Positions 25,662-40,732 of a stretch of DNA of 64,000 nt are shown here, piece after piece. The stretch lies in the NCBI RefSeq assembly GCF_006345805.1, contig NC_043006.1, forward strand, positions 34,472,001 to 34,536,000. Direction: 5' to 3'. The DNA is from Octopus sinensis. Taxonomy: Eukaryota. The notes below the pieces were generated by a model that saw only the letters and a list, made by a program, of their open reading frames with translations, was not told the DNA's origin and did no database searches. The position numbers and the translations under genes were made by a program. Positions within the stretch are counted from its first letter, which is position 1, and every line of letters starts with the position of its first letter.

Positions 25662-28600
25662 TTGTGCTAGCAGTTAAGGGAGTGGAAGGGTCTCTCAAAT
25701 CAAAACATAAAACACGAAAATAAATAAGAAAAACAACAAAACTAAAAAGAAACTAACAAAAAAAAAAAGACTCAGAAATTACTGAAAACTTTCACTGGAG
25801 ATGGGCAAAGGGTGTAATTATTATCAACATTATCATTATCATCATTCTGATTATAATAATTATTATTAAGGAATTTTTTCTTGCTTTCTAATAATTTACT
25901 TACAGGTAATTCTTTGAATGCTGTAATAACTCGTCTGTTTATAAAGAACATACGACTCTTACATCTGTTTATTCCACGAATTGAGCGTACAGTTCTTAAT
26001 CCAAAAGGCATAATCCGAATGGCACAAAAAATTGCAGAATGACAGGGGGAGGGAATGTGAGAATAAGGAATGGTAGGAAGGAGCAAGGATTTTGAAGATA
26101 TTCCAACAGAAAATGTCGCAACAAAGCACATAAATGTTTATTACAAGTCTCCTTGGATGTTTTGCTTTGTAGTCATATGTTGCAGTTGTTGGGGCCGTTA
26201 TTGGGCTTTTCCAAAACACAATTTCTTGTTTTTCTTTTTTCTTTTCCTTTAAAAGTGAAATGTTGTTGCTCTTGGACTTCCAGATGCAGTCTGAAATTTG
26301 TTGACATGTGTGTGTGTGTGATGGCAGTAAATTGGACTTTCGTTTTGTTGCTCTTTAAACTGTAATCTCTAGAGTCGATGAAACTTCCACACATACAACA
26401 AGAACAACAAAAATAATGATTGTAATTTTCACACAGAGACTGAATATTTTGTTTGTTTGAGGTTTTTGTATTTTGTTTATAATAATTTATGTGTATCTGT
26501 TTTAGAGAGACAAACAGACAGACAAGGAAATACAGAGAAAGATTCACAATTTTTTTTTTTCCTATTTTATTCTTTTAGAATTTAACACTTATATCCAATA
26601 TATTCTCTCTCTGTATGTACGTATATGCATGTGGTGTGTGTGCGTTTCCTATTATACATTTTTTTACTAAGTATTTATTTTCCAGCTGTAATTTTTGAAA
26701 TTATTGTTTCGCTGTTATTTTTAGATAAAATTTTGCTCTCAATGTGTATGTCTGTGTGTGAGTGTGTCAGAGAGTGCGTCTATGTATTGATAATAACTAG
26801 AACTAAGGATTTTATATGTGTGTGTGAGTGTGTGAATGCAAAATGGTCAAAATTTTAGTTTTCCTTTAGTAACTTTTATTGCTACAAATTGCATGCATTA
26901 GACTTTACAAGAGAGAAAGAGAGGGAGGGAGGGAGAGAGAGGTTGAGAGAAAAATATTCTGACACAGATATTTCAGTTTCTTTTCTAGACACTTATTCCA
27001 CTTAAGGAACCACTTCTAAAGACAAACAGATATTAACAATGATATTATCACTGTCACTGAGGATGATGACGATGATGATGATGAAACAAAAAACTGTAGG
27101 TTGGTTTTTCTCTTTCTTTATGTGTGTGTGTGTGTGTGTGTGTGTGTTAACAAGAGAGCAAATATGGATTGAAAGGTTAGTGTTAGTTTGGAACAAGTTT
27201 GATAGGGTCAGCAGACATCAATATAAGAGGTGATCAACTCTTAGAAAAGGTGGGAGAAGAGAGAGAGGGAAATAAAGTGCTTTTTAAAAAGTAGAATATG
27301 AACAAAAAATAAAGTTAAAAAGAAAAGAATAACTAAAATAAAATTGTCAGATCAGCCTCAACAAGATAGAAAATAGATTAATAAATAAAGAGGAGACAGA
27401 GTATCCGTGATCAGGTCTTAAATATACGATAAAAGTGTTTGATATATAGCTATGTAAATACTACTGAAAAGTAACAAAAGGGAACTGGCTAATAGTACAT
27501 GTGTCTTCTGAATAACCAATATGACTCTACCATGATGTAAATATACAAATCTAATTTGTTTGTTTTTCGAATTTTAAGCTACAGAAAATAAATTAAATTA
27601 TCAAAGAAAAGTGCCAAATAAGTAAATTTCTGGTATTTTTTAATGCAAACATCCTAATATAAATGTCAAGATTATAGATAAACTTATTCCCAATACAATA
27701 AATCTAATCATATACGTGTGTGTGTGTAGGTAGAGGAAGAGGCTTATTATAAAAAGACAGAAAGAGAAAATTGTTCAAATTAGCAGTTCAATGAATAATG
27801 ATACCTAACTGGTCACATAAGAAAGGCAAGCAGCTTGTTCAGGTTTTAAAACTCACTTAATGTATTTTATGTAGAGAAGCAATGATGCATGTGACACATT
27901 AAAAATGGTAGGTTAGTGAATTTCTAATATAATGAACTTATGCTATGTTTTTTTTTCACAATTTCTGGCTAAATATATTATATGTAAAGGTTCAGGCATG
28001 GCTGTGTGGTCAAGTAGATCACTTTGCGACCATGTGGTTTTGGGTTCAGTCCCACTACATGACACATCTTGGACAAATGTCTTCTGCTATATCCCTAGGC
28101 CAACCTATAGTTTTGTGAGAGAATTGCGTAGATGGAAACTGTGCAGAAGCTCGTCATATGTGTGTAGGGGATCTTGCTGTAGAAACCATGCCACGACAGA
28201 AAATGGAACTTGGTGCTGCTCCTGGCCTTGCCAGCTCTGGTCAAGTCATCCAACCCATGCCAGCATAGAAAACAAACGTTAAAAGATGATGATGATGCAT
28301 TTGTCTTTGTGCTTATGTTGTTTGTTCCCACCACTGCCTTACAACCGGTGTTAGTTTGTTCCTGTCCTTGTAAGTTAGTGTTTCAGCAAGAGATACTAAT
28401 AAAATTAGTATCAGATGATGAAAAAAAAAAAATACTGGGGCTGATTTGTTTGACTAAAACCCTTCAGAGCAGTGCCCCAGCATGACCACAATCCAATGAC
28501 AGAAACAAGTAAAGGATTAAAGATTAAACAGTATTATAAAGATATTTATATTTCATTCAAGGATAACTAAATGAGTGCAAAGAATGAAACCTGAGTCGTG

Positions 28601-28879
28601 ACTAAAATTTCAGTTTGGAACTAAGTAGAGTAACAGACCTTAATCTACATATTGTAACATAAACCTCGTTTGAAATAACGAATGAATGTTAGATTAGACA
28701 GTTTCATTTCAAACAACAAATAAATGCATTCAACCTCAAGGTTATTTAAATTCTGATAAATGCTATTTCTCCTTGTGATAATGATAATTTGAGTGAATGA
28801 ATGGTACGTTAGTTTGAGGACTGCAAAAATTTACATCTAAATGAATAAACATGTACATCATGAAGCAACAAAAATTTCC

Positions 28880-29075
28880 ACAAGTTATTATTATTATTAC
28901 TATGGTTGTATTTTTTGTTGTTGTTGTTATTATTATTATTATGGCTGTTTTTGTTGTTATTATTATTATTATTATTATGGCTGTTTTTTATTATTACTGC
29001 TATGGTTGTTGTTATTATTATTATTATTACTGTTGTTATTATCAAATATTATTACTGTTATTATTAGTAGTAGTA
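28880..29075. repeat. (TTA/TTG)n compound microsatellite
   Basis: Direct reading. Confidence 0.9.
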
Positions 29076-29111
29076 ACAAAGTATTATGCACTTTCCCTTT
29101 ATATCTCCTAA

Positions 29112-29981
29112 CTTACCATGGGCAACAAAAGTAGTAGTAGTAGTCTATAGACTCAATTAGAATTGGCTTTAGGGTAATTATTATATTTTCCCTATCATCA
29201 CTTTAACACCAAAGCCAATAAACTTTATACCAGTAATGTGCTCAGGGTTGCTCCAAAATCAGATTATAACTTACAAAGAAAACTTGTTTATAAGTTAAAA
29301 AAAAATAGCCATCATCATCGTTATCATTATCACAGCATTTTTGTTAAAGGATGAAGCAGGAGATTAGTGTTTCTGTTTCCATGGCAACTGCTTACATCCT
29401 GTGATGAAACAAATTCAGAAATTAGTAGAAATTGTTAAAAGTAATGAGAACAACAATAGCAACCACCACAACAGCTGTAATTGTATCTGTAGCCCAGTGG
29501 ATAAAAAAAGTTGCAAACTTCAGTTGAGAAACGAAAGTACCTGGTTCAAATCCAGTCAAACACCTTAATAAACAGCCAGGAATTAAGCACCTGATGACAA
29601 TCAAACTGATTTATTGGATGAAAATATCGTAAATCTATACTATGAAAAATGTGATTGATAGTTCATAAAATAATACACTTATTAACAACAACAACAACAA
29701 TAACGATGATGATGATGATGAAAGGAAATATGTACAGCAATAAACAAGCAATGCCTAAAGATGCTCCATGCTAATTTGATTGGTAAAGATTTTTCTTCTA
29801 TGGCATTTAAAGAAATACATACACACCCACCCACCCACGGACAGACAGACAGACAGACAGAAAGTGGGTGGCAGTGTTGATAGTTGTGACGTTTATAACT
29901 TCTTGAAAAGAACTGCGAGGAAGGGTGATGAAATTAAAAGGTATACAAGAGAAATGCTGTCTGTTTTAAAAGAAAATATAT

Positions 29982-30018
<37 letters not shown>

Positions 30019-30137
30019 TGTGTGTGTGTGTGAGTGTGTGTGAGTGGGTGTGGCAGATTGCAAATGTAAGTGGTAGCTTCTTTTATCTGATGGTATGGAA
30101 TTTATTATGAGTATTTATAAAGAGTAACCTTAGCAAC
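29112..30137. promoter_or_regulatory. Cluster of RFX X-box motifs
   Basis: GTTTCCATGGCAAC (29375-29388, consensus match), GTAACCTTAGCAAC (30124-30137) and CTTACCATGGGCAAC (29112-29126, looser). Confidence 0.5.
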
Positions 30138-32579
30138 GACTGCAACAGAACTAGTTACAACAAAAACAAGGCAAAGTTAAAAATGAATTACAATAAAATT
30201 TACAAGAGTTAACAATTATTATTATCATCATTATTATTATTATTAATGATAAATGCTAAAGAAAGAGGAGGCTGAAGAGGGTTGTTCTTCACTGTCAGTC
30301 ACGGAATAACGTCAAAGAATTACTTTAACGTCTACGATGATGACATTTGGTTTATACAACAACAACAACAACAATAATAATAATCTTAACAACAGCTTTA
30401 CTTGATTTATGTAGAAGGTGAGTATCCAAAGAAATGAGCAGGGTGTGTGGAAAACTGAAGAAGCCAGTGAAGAAACACCAAGGAATTACTGGTATTATTA
30501 CAAAGATAAAGCTGCAGGAAGAGTATAGAAAGAGAAAGCTGAAAAGAAGAGTTCTACTATAAAGGAATTTGTTTTATTTGGTTTCCTTATGTATAAACAG
30601 ACTCAAGACCCACAGAGAAAAGGTGGTGTAGTAAACCTATCCAACCCAAGGCAAAACAAGGGAGAAGTACACAGAAATAATGGCAATAATGAGTGTGATG
30701 ATAACTATGATACTATTGGCAATCAATATAAAAAAAATAATAAAGCAGTGAAACTTAAAGACATCTGATTTAGAGGTTGGCACTTACTGCATTAAAGTTA
30801 CTAAAATCATATATAAATATATAAATGTGTGTGTATGTGTAAAATGGCACAAAGGGAACTTAGAGTAGCATAGTAACAGAGAGAAAATTTAGCCAGCTGT
30901 GGATATATGAGTAAACTCTATCACACGAGTTGAGCACTTTTTCCCTGCTTTGTCAATATAAACATTTACAACTTTTAACAAAATTTAAGTACAGATGGAT
31001 GCATATGGCTAAACATTATATATCTAACTATACAACTATATACATATGTATATACATTTGTTTCCAAGCATTTTTAGTTTACGTTAACACATAAGATTAA
31101 TTTTGGAGGAAACTCAGAAAAACCACTATCTTAATCGGTATAGTTGTACAGACTATATGTAGGCATATTTATGTGAATCTATATTTAATTTCATATTTGT
31201 ACTCCCTTTACTCCTCTTAATTCTTATCCGTTCTTTCCTTCAAACTTTGTATCATTTTATTAATTTTTTACGTCTGCCACAGTTTATTAAATTTGTTTTA
31301 AAGAATTTAGTTTAGTATTTAGAATTCCACTTACCATATGTTCACACACACACACATATATATATATGTATGTATAGATACACATGCACACTACACAAAA
31401 CGGATTATAATGGACAGAGAAATATGAGATCCTGAATCTTTTAGTTATTTGACATGTTGCTAGCTTTTCATATTTTTTTTCCAGTAAAGTGGCGGGAAGA
31501 GTTGGAATTCTAGTTTAAATAGGCAAAAATAAAAGCCAAAACAAAAAACAAAAGAAAAAGAGAAGCCACAACAATTGCTAAGGCAGTTGAAATAGAAAAT
31601 AAATGAATATGTATATACAGAAACAATCACAAGAGGTGTGTGTGTGAAAGATGAAATAAGAAAAGAAAGAAAGAAAGAGAGAAGAAATCAATGTAAGAGA
31701 GAAGATAGAAGTAAACTAGTTCTTACTTTAGTGAAACTTTATGAGATTATACAAAATTCACCGGAGACTAAAATGCCACAAGAATTCTATTCAATTATTT
31801 ACACATAATCATACACAGAAACATATGCTGACGCATGACATTATATACACACACACACATATATATATATATATTAATATATATATGAAGTTATGTATAT
31901 AATATTATACGCATGCATAAACTTGGGTTTTCTTCCGCCTCTTTGCATGCAATAATGTGATATCTTTAAGGAAGGAATGGAATTAGAACCATAACAATAA
32001 CAAGAACAACAGTGTTAGTAATAATGGTAATCTCTCCAATACTAATACTACTAATATAACTACCACTGGTGGTGCTTGCAGAAGGAACTATAATAAAAGT
32101 TAACAACAAGGTGTATCTTTGTGTGTATGGATGTGTCTGTGTGCGTGTGAATGAGTGAGTGTGTGTAAAAAAAAAAGTTTAGTCACTCAAACTTTTCTTT
32201 CATCCTGTTCCAAGATTCGGTAAATTTTCAGTATAAGAACTGATCCAAAAATGCACAAAGATTTAGATGGAACTTTCTACAGAGACAAAGAACTGCAGTA
32301 ACCACCACAAAAACAGTAGTAACAGTCTTTAGATTTCATAATACAGAACAGAGTGAGAGCACAAGAGAGAGAGCGCGCGCGAGAGAGAGAGAGAGAGAGG
32401 GTAAATCCAACAGGGTCTATGGGAATGGTAGGACGATGCCTGGTGCTAACAACACTTGCTAGTGTGTCTTTTGACACATGAGTTCTGCTTAAATAGCTAA
32501 CTCTTCAGTTTGGAGAAACAAACAAAAGCAGCAACTGAACTACATGCTCCTTCAAACAGGCTTCAATTAATGAATATAA

Positions 32580-32666
32580 CATACACACACACACACACAT
32601 ATATATATATATTACACAAAACACACACACATGTATATATATATATATATATAATATATGTGTGTG

Positions 32667-32722
<56 letters not shown>

Positions 32723-32800
32723 TTGGGGGCATGTGTGTGTAATTCATATACACATGTGTGGTTATATATTTATGTGTGAGTGTGTATACATATATAGACA
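32580..32800. repeat. (CA)n/(TA)n/(TG)n compound microsatellite
   Basis: Direct reading. Confidence 0.9.
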
Positions 32801-34718
32801 TTCAAGCATATAAATTAGGCTTTAATATGTGGAATTTTATAGCTTTATGCTTCTATTGTGATAATGGACCATGCTGGAGCACCGTCTTCATACATACATG
32901 TATATGAATGTATAGATACTTACATATACAGATGTATACATATCAGTGTATATATATATATATATATATATATAATAATAATTATTATTATTTGAGGGAA
33001 TAAAATCCAAACTTACAAGGAAAAACAATTCAATTTACTTAATCTTTACTTTTTAATTGTTATTTTAATTTTAACTTTTCTATTATATGTAATTTTCTAG
33101 ATGGTGTAATTCAATTATTCATTTTGAATTGATAAAAGGTGGTTTTCTTCTAATATTTAATATATATATATATATTATATATATATATATACACACACAA
33201 CTCACATATAAACCTGTCATAAATTAGGGTTTAGAAAATATCATTTTATATTATGCACTCATCAACACCACTGCAACCGGCATCATCAGTCAGCAACCGG
33301 CATCATCAATCATCACGACTGGTATAAGCATGTGAGTGAACATTCTCTCAGTCACTCAACCGGTTACGAAGTTGCCAAACATTCCTAAGAAATCTTGCTA
33401 TTGTCTAAAAATTAAAAAGAATAAAAAGGAAGAACACATTGGATGATGTAGTCCAAGATACATTAGTCCAAAGAAAAGATAGAACAGTCAGGACTGGAAT
33501 GCCTTTGGTTGATCAGAGCTGACCTGAGACTAAACAACAATCTTCATCAGAACCATAACACGTACCACAGCCACTAGCACCACAATGACGACAACTGCTT
33601 CTACTAATATTAGTACTAGAACTAACAGCATTACCATTATGACAACCACCTAAACTACTATTACTACTGCTGCTGCTGCTATACGTTGAATTTATTTGTG
33701 TGACTTTAGCTTGGTTACTAAACCAAACTTAGATCCAAATAGTACCACTATTGCTGCAGTCATTGCTACTACAGCTACTAATACACTCAACACCCTGACC
33801 ATTACCAACCCTGACTAATATTTCGACTAGTATCTACTATTATTGCTGCTACCAGCTTGGTATTTTTATTTGTGTAGGTCTTGTTCAATCACCAAAAATC
33901 TTCCATCTTGAGCAGTCCCAAAGTCCCAAAGAGCGAAAGGTTACAAAAAGGGGATTTTCAGAAATAGAAAACTTGCAGTATTGTGCTTTGCAGATAAGTG
34001 GTGCCTAATTTTAAACAACTGGACTTTAACATACATAAGCAGACATACACACATATATACTTTACATAAGAATATATATATATATCACAGACATACTGTT
34101 AATCTTGTAACTACCAGAGTATATTCTATTGATGAGAAGGTCGTGTTTATATACATGTGTGTGTGCATATATATATATATATTTCTATACACACATACAC
34201 ACATGTGCATATACGTATGTGGCCTATGCAGTACATATATAAACAGAGTTAATTTAACTGTGTGTGTGTGTGTGTAAATGTATGTATGACAACAGTTGTG
34301 TGCGTGTGTGTATAAATGTATGTTTGACAACAGTTGTGTATGTGTGTGTATGACAACAGTTATAAATTCTACATATAGCTACTACTAGAGTACAGTTCAT
34401 AGTAGACAATGGCATGGACTGTCTATTAATAACTTCTGCATACATTATTGTTGTAATTGTTGTCGGCGAGACTGTTTCTATTATTGTTGTTACTCATGCT
34501 TTTGTGGTAGGCCTTGTCAATGATAACTTTTTTTTATGTGTGTGTAGGGGGAGAGGGACTATTTCACCATGTCAACTATGACTCTTAGAAACCTCTCACC
34601 CATTTCATCGTTTTCCATTTTAAAATCCGACAATGAAATATTATGTGTAGATGTATTCATCAGGAAGGAACCACAAGACTTTGCTATTGACAAAAACATA
34701 GACAATTAGATAGACAGA

Positions 34719-34753
<35 letters not shown>

Positions 34754-37700
34754 AAAGCGAGATGTTTTGTCTTCTGTCAAAAACGAAAAGCTATCACCCT
34801 CATTGATTACAAATGATGTATAATGCGTCTCATAAATAAGAACATTTAAACAATATTGTAAAGTATGGCCTTATATATGAAACCTATTATCAGTCTGGTT
34901 AATTGTCTACAAATATGAGTGTGTGTGTGTGTGTGGCATATTCTTCAGGTTCATTCTAAACAATATTTGAATGAAGTATGGGTCTAGTGCACTAGAATAG
35001 CTGGAGTGTGTGCTGCGCAGGGGCAGCCCCACTGGACCCCACATATTGCCTGCAGCAATAGCCTACAACAGGATGAAAAGTGTCACCTGGGGTGGACCGT
35101 GCCTACTCTCCCCCGCTCCCAGCTACGCTAGTGGTCAACTGATGAGAATGGAATCACAAGATCAGATGGTATTCCTCCATGATGCCCGATCTGGTAGAAA
35201 GGGGTTGAAGACTTGAATGGACATATAGAAAAAGGGATTTCACGAACAATTGGTAAATATTCTTTCAGGTATGATCCTGCTTTTAGCAAACAGTTAAGAG
35301 CAACAGAAATGAGTCAATGAGGTATCATAGCCTCTAACTCAGTGGTTCTCAACCACAGTCCATGTGAACTTGGAGCTAGGGTGGTGTAGGGGGGCATATA
35401 TGATTTTAGGGGGCCCACACAAGCAAAATAGTAAACTAGGGATCTACAGTATTATATTGAGGGTTCGTGAATTTCTTTCTTGTTTCAAACTCCAAAATGG
35501 TTGCTTGATAAATTGGATCTGACATCCTCTAAGTGTAAGGTTTCATGCAAGTAATTCTTGTTGATGAAAGATGGACAGGAGACTGGTTCTGGAATCTAGA
35601 TGCTGTAGTTTGCAGAAGAAAGGATTCAATTAAGTAAATGTTTCGGTGAGATTAGATGACATGCAAGGGACAAAGAGAAGTGGATAGGTGTCTGTATGAA
35701 GTTGTCATACAGTTGATTTGAGCCGCTTTATGATCCAACACCATATCCAATATAGTTTTAAGCCTATGGCATTTAAACTGGCCATATCTAGCACAAATGT
35801 TCCAAATGTGACAGTGAGCTAATGCAGTGTATTGCTTTCTAAAAACGGGTCATCAGTCAGATATATGATCCTTTCAGTTTATCTTTATGAACCATCTAAA
35901 ATACCCATATGGTTAGTAACTGGACTGTCCCCAATATTTGAGCAGCATTCCTATACAGGTTTACAAGTTGTAACCTGCCTTCACTATTGTGTTGTCTTTC
36001 ATAAAAGCTATTGACTTTCAGAAGGTTAACTCTCACAAGTTGTGAATAGTATTATTAAGACATTGTATTAAGATATTACTTAACAACCATTGTAAAATTG
36101 GTGTGTAATGTTAGCTTGTAGTTTTAAAATGGCTCAATTTTACTCCTCACCAGGATATGTCACTTGAGGAGAGTAGACACTATCATGGCGACTTTAATCT
36201 ACATGTGCAACAAAAAGACAAATGGCTTGGATTCACCAAGGTTCAGAGGTTGCTTGTTTATAGGCATTTGCAGAACTGCAGCACCCCATATTTCCACTTG
36301 ATATTATTGATAACATTCAATTTAATTCTTTCTTTATACTTGTACATTATATAATCCTTAAGCTTAATGTCAGTAGCCATCCCCTAATTTATGAATTAAA
36401 AAAAAAAAATCCTTCTATAGAACTGTGCGCTTCACAGTTTCAATGATGCAGTGTTTGGCTGTTGTGTGCCACACTAGGGAGAGAGAGCACTGTGTGAACA
36501 ACAGTGCTAGGTGAAAGGTAGTGTTTCTTTTTGACTTTGCATGTGTTGTGCCTAAGAACATGTTTATATTCTTGAATGTGATAAAGCATAGAATTAGATT
36601 ATTATCCTGCTTCCAGCTTTAGTGTTGCTGCCAGGATCTGAAAAATAGGGCAGATGTTCACCCCTTATTTTGAGATTTAGGGGAAATTATTGAAAAACAA
36701 GGGGGAATTCGTGACAGTGTTGAGTGAACAAATTAAACACACTACCTGGCAGTGGCTAAAATGCGAACTAATCAAATTTATGTATAAATTCTCTTTTTAT
36801 ATGTTTGTTTTCTTTTACACAATATTAAAACAATGGCTAAAAATTTTCTGAAGCAGCACCCCCACTAATCTTATGTACGAGCTGCCACTGCCAGTGTTAT
36901 TATTTATTCTAAGTGTTATGAGCCAGCAAGAGTGTCTCGCCATGGCTGGTTGACTTAGAAGAACAAATAAATGGTGCAACAGACATTGCATAAAATCATT
37001 GGTGCAACACAGACTCTGATATAACAAATGATGGAACAATCACTGCTGGGGGGTGGTTGATAACGAGTCTCCTCAATCAGTTTCTGAATAACAACAACAA
37101 CTTAGAGAGGGAGGACTCTGTCAGGCTGATTTACCATAAATATGCAACATAAAGATAAATGGGTTATTGCACAGTGAATGCACATAACCTAGTGGTTAGG
37201 GTATTGCATTCACAATCGCAGGGTCATGGTTTCAATTCCCAGACTGGGCAATGTGTTGTATTCTTGAGCAAAAATGCTTCATTTCACATTGGTCTAGTCC
37301 ACTCACCTCTAAAAGAGTAACCTTGCAATGGACTGGCATCCTATTCAGGGAGAATGCTGTGATCACAGTCATTTATATTCCACAGAAACCAGGTAACTGG
37401 TTCTCTAAGTGCTAAGATTCAAGAAAGTAATATCTAGTGGCTGACAATGATGATGATCTTCCATGTATTCACTATGGCCACCCTCATTAATATTGTCATG
37501 AGATAGTGAAGCAATTTTTACATGGTCAGTCGACCTGCTTGACATCAAAACCAAATTTTCCTCTAATCCTTATCCAACTGTCTGTCCTAACGAAGGACAC
37601 ATTTGACAATGTAGTCTCAGATACCCCCAATAACATGGGATGGTCATCAGTGGAATGCATTTGATCATGGGTTTGCTTAAGCATATTTGATCTGAGACAG

Positions 37701-38284
37701 AACAACCAACAGCAACAAAGTCCCACATATGTGCAACATAAGCACAAATGAGTAATTGGTTGCATACACCATTACTAATCCTATTAATACCGTTTGTTGT
37801 TTTTATTCTTTTATTATATATTGTTTACATCAAGTGTGGAAATGTTCATTTATATATTGAAGCAACTGGATTCTTGTTCACTTCAACTTACCTCTGCATT
37901 TGCTGACCTATATATGATTAAAAGACATTCCATCTAAGATCATCTTGTCTTTCTTGTATATTTAGAACAACAGTGTTTGATGTGTTCTCCTCTTTCTGAG
38001 AAAATAGTGGGAGAGATTTGGCAGCCATTTCTAGCAAGTCTAGTGCATGTGCTAGTGCCACAAATAAAGCACAAATGTTGGTGCCATGTAAAAAGCACTC
38101 AATACACTGTGAAGCAATTGGTGTTACGAAGAGCATCCACCCATAAAAACTATGCCAAAACAGACAGTTGGAGTTTGGTGTAGCTCTCCAGCCTTGCCAC
38201 CTCCTGTCAAACCATCCAAATGGACATTAAATGATGATGATGAGTAACATGTATGTATATACATGCTTGTGTGTGTGTGTAAAT

Positions 38285-38784
38285 ATCGTCAGCCCCAGCT
38301 CGTATCTGAGCATTGGGTCCATCAGTCTCCATCCAGCCTCCTCGGCAGATGTTTGTGCCGAATATGACTTTGGAGTCCAAGTCGGTGGTGAAAGAGTTGT
38401 GGGCAGAATTTTCACAGGATGGTCGGTGTGGATCAAGGATGTTGAAGACACTCCTTTCTTCTCCTGTATTTTACCTCCTCATTCTGCTGTCTGTTCTGCT
38501 CAAAGGAGCTGGCTCCATTGCGGATAGCAGTCCTCCAGGCTGTCCTATCCATGGCAATCTGTTCCAATTGCAAGTTCTCCATAGAGCATGATCCTTGGGA
38601 GACAAGAGGGCTCCATACATTGGATTTGACCTGGCCAGCGGAGACGATAGTGAAAATGGTGGCTTTGATGCTTTGTAGTGAGGCACAGCAAAGAACCTCA
38701 TTGTTGGTAATGTGATCTTCCCATCGAATATTGAGGATCTGTCGTAGCCTGGATTGCTGGAAGCATTCAAGGCACTTGAAGTCA

Positions 38785-38785
<1 letters not shown>
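38285..38785 (-). mobile_element. RTE-BovB-like LINE C-terminal fragment
   Basis: KCLECFQQSRLRQILNIRWEDHITNNEVL...AMDRTAWRTAIRNGASSFEQNR, characteristic of the RTE/BovB C-terminus. Confidence 0.85.
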
Positions 38786-38820
<35 letters not shown>

Positions 38821-40299
38821 AAATATATGCATGTATGTGTGTGTAATTGTATTAACACTGTCACTAATCTGCATATTGTCAGGTCAGCACCAATTCCATC
38901 ACCAGCTGATGGAGACCTGCTCCTGGTAGCTGTGTAATCCAGTACCACCTAGCAATGGTTTGAGCAACCACTGACTAAATTGGACCTCCTATAAGGCTTG
39001 CCAAGTGAGGAGGGTGTATAAGAGCCCAGTATGGTTACAAACGAAAACCTGGGTGAGGTGATGGGCACTGTCAGGATTGCCAAACCCAATGAAGCACCTG
39101 AATGGAAGTACCAACATTTAATTCTGTATTGAAATGGTCAGGACCTGGGTCATAAATAAAACTCAAATCAAGGAAGGAGCGAAAAGAAATTGATGAAAAG
39201 CTCAAGATATCCTGATAGCAGAAATAGATAATCTGATTCGAGGTGGATGTGACAGTGTAATTAGCTGAACATATTCCCTTTTTTTTTCTTTTTCTACCTC
39301 AAATCATACTTGTAGTTAGTAATATATATAATATATCAAACATTATTTTACAATATTTTATATAATATATTCTTTGAAGAAATATCTCTTCAAAATTTAA
39401 TATATTAAACCAGTGTATCTTGAATAAATATCCCTATAAGAGGCTTAAATATCCTCATTGTGACTATATATATACATATGCATAGGCAGACAAACTGGCA
39501 GGATCGTTGTCATGCTAGGCAAAATGCTTAGTGGCATTTCATTTATCTTTACATTCTGAGTTTGGATTCCACTGAGGTCAACTTTGTCTTTCATCCTCTC
39601 AGGGTTGATAAAATAAGTACCAGTTGAGCACTGGGGTTGATGTAATCAACATGCCCCCTCTCTCAAAATTGCTGGCCTTGTGCTAAAATTTGAAAGCTGT
39701 GTGTGCATGCGCGCGCACACACACACACAATGGCTGTTTTTGTTAGTTTAGTATAGGTTTCTGTATTTATTATTTTGATAATAAACACATGGAACAGTTT
39801 GGAAAGAGTCTTAGCTTATTTTGTTTATACATTCACAAATACACATGGCTTGTGAAGCAGTCATAGAAACAAAGAATAAACAACAACAAATAAAACACAT
39901 TAGAAAAATTAAAAAAGGCTATAAAAACAAAAGGAAATAATACAGAGTTATAACAATAATATATAACAGATGAAATGTTCTTTTTTTTGTTCTATACGCA
40001 CACCCATATGTACAAAGATGAACAGGCATAACCAGTCGAAACTGCAAAATATCAGCTTGATAGGAGCATCTACGTGGCAACTTGACTTGATAGAAATAAA
40101 GTAAAAATATCTTTCAAATTTCCCCCTATTATTTCAAATCAGGAAACAGAGATTGGAGTGCTCGGCATCTTGAGAAAGTGTCTACTACAATAGCCCTGGC
40201 AAAACCCAAGTCTTGAGTGGATTTGATTGAAAGGAGCCAATCACACACACACGTATATGATGCCAAAATCATCTGTACTAGCATCAACTGCGTTTGAAC

Positions 40300-40732
40300 A
40301 GGGCTTTTTATGTGCCACTGGCATGAGGCCCCCTGACTTCCTCCCGTACAGGTGGCACATAAAAAGCACCATCCGAAGATGGTTGATGCTGCCAGTGCCC
40401 CCTGACTGATTGCCGTGCTGGTGGCACGTAAAAAGCACCATCCAAACGTGGTTGATGCCAGTGCCCCCTGACTGGCTCCTGTGCCGGTGGCACGTAAAAA
40501 GCAACATCCAAACATGGGTGATGCCAGTGCTCCATGACTGGCTCCCATGCTGGAGGCATGTAAAAAGCACCTGCTACACTCTCAGAGTGGTTGGCATAAG
40601 AAAGGAAGGGCATCCAGTGGTAGAAACATTGCCAGGTCAGATTGGAGCCTGGTGCAGCCAAACCTCAGCCAAATCGTCCAACCCATGCCAGCATGAAAAG
40701 CAGATGTTAAATGATGATTATGATGGTGATGA
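40300..40732 (+). mobile_element. RTE LINE 3' UTR with 4-5 internal subrepeats
   Basis: Repeated GGTGGCACGTAAAAAGCACCATCC...GATGCCAGTGCCCCCTGACTG units, then the common 3' end. Confidence 0.85.

Noticed and set aside
25880-25912. Plus-strand acceptor/donor fusions (TTACAG|GTAATT here, TTTCAG|GTATGA at ~35268) and minus GACAG|GTAATA at ~48131
   Set aside because: Shorter pyrimidine tracts and non-GTRAGT donors, at a level plausible by chance.
31325-31345. ATG|GTAAGT on the minus strand (also at ~29112-29120) as start-codon-only exons
   Set aside because: No independent exon support; the 29112 case overlaps an X-box-like motif.
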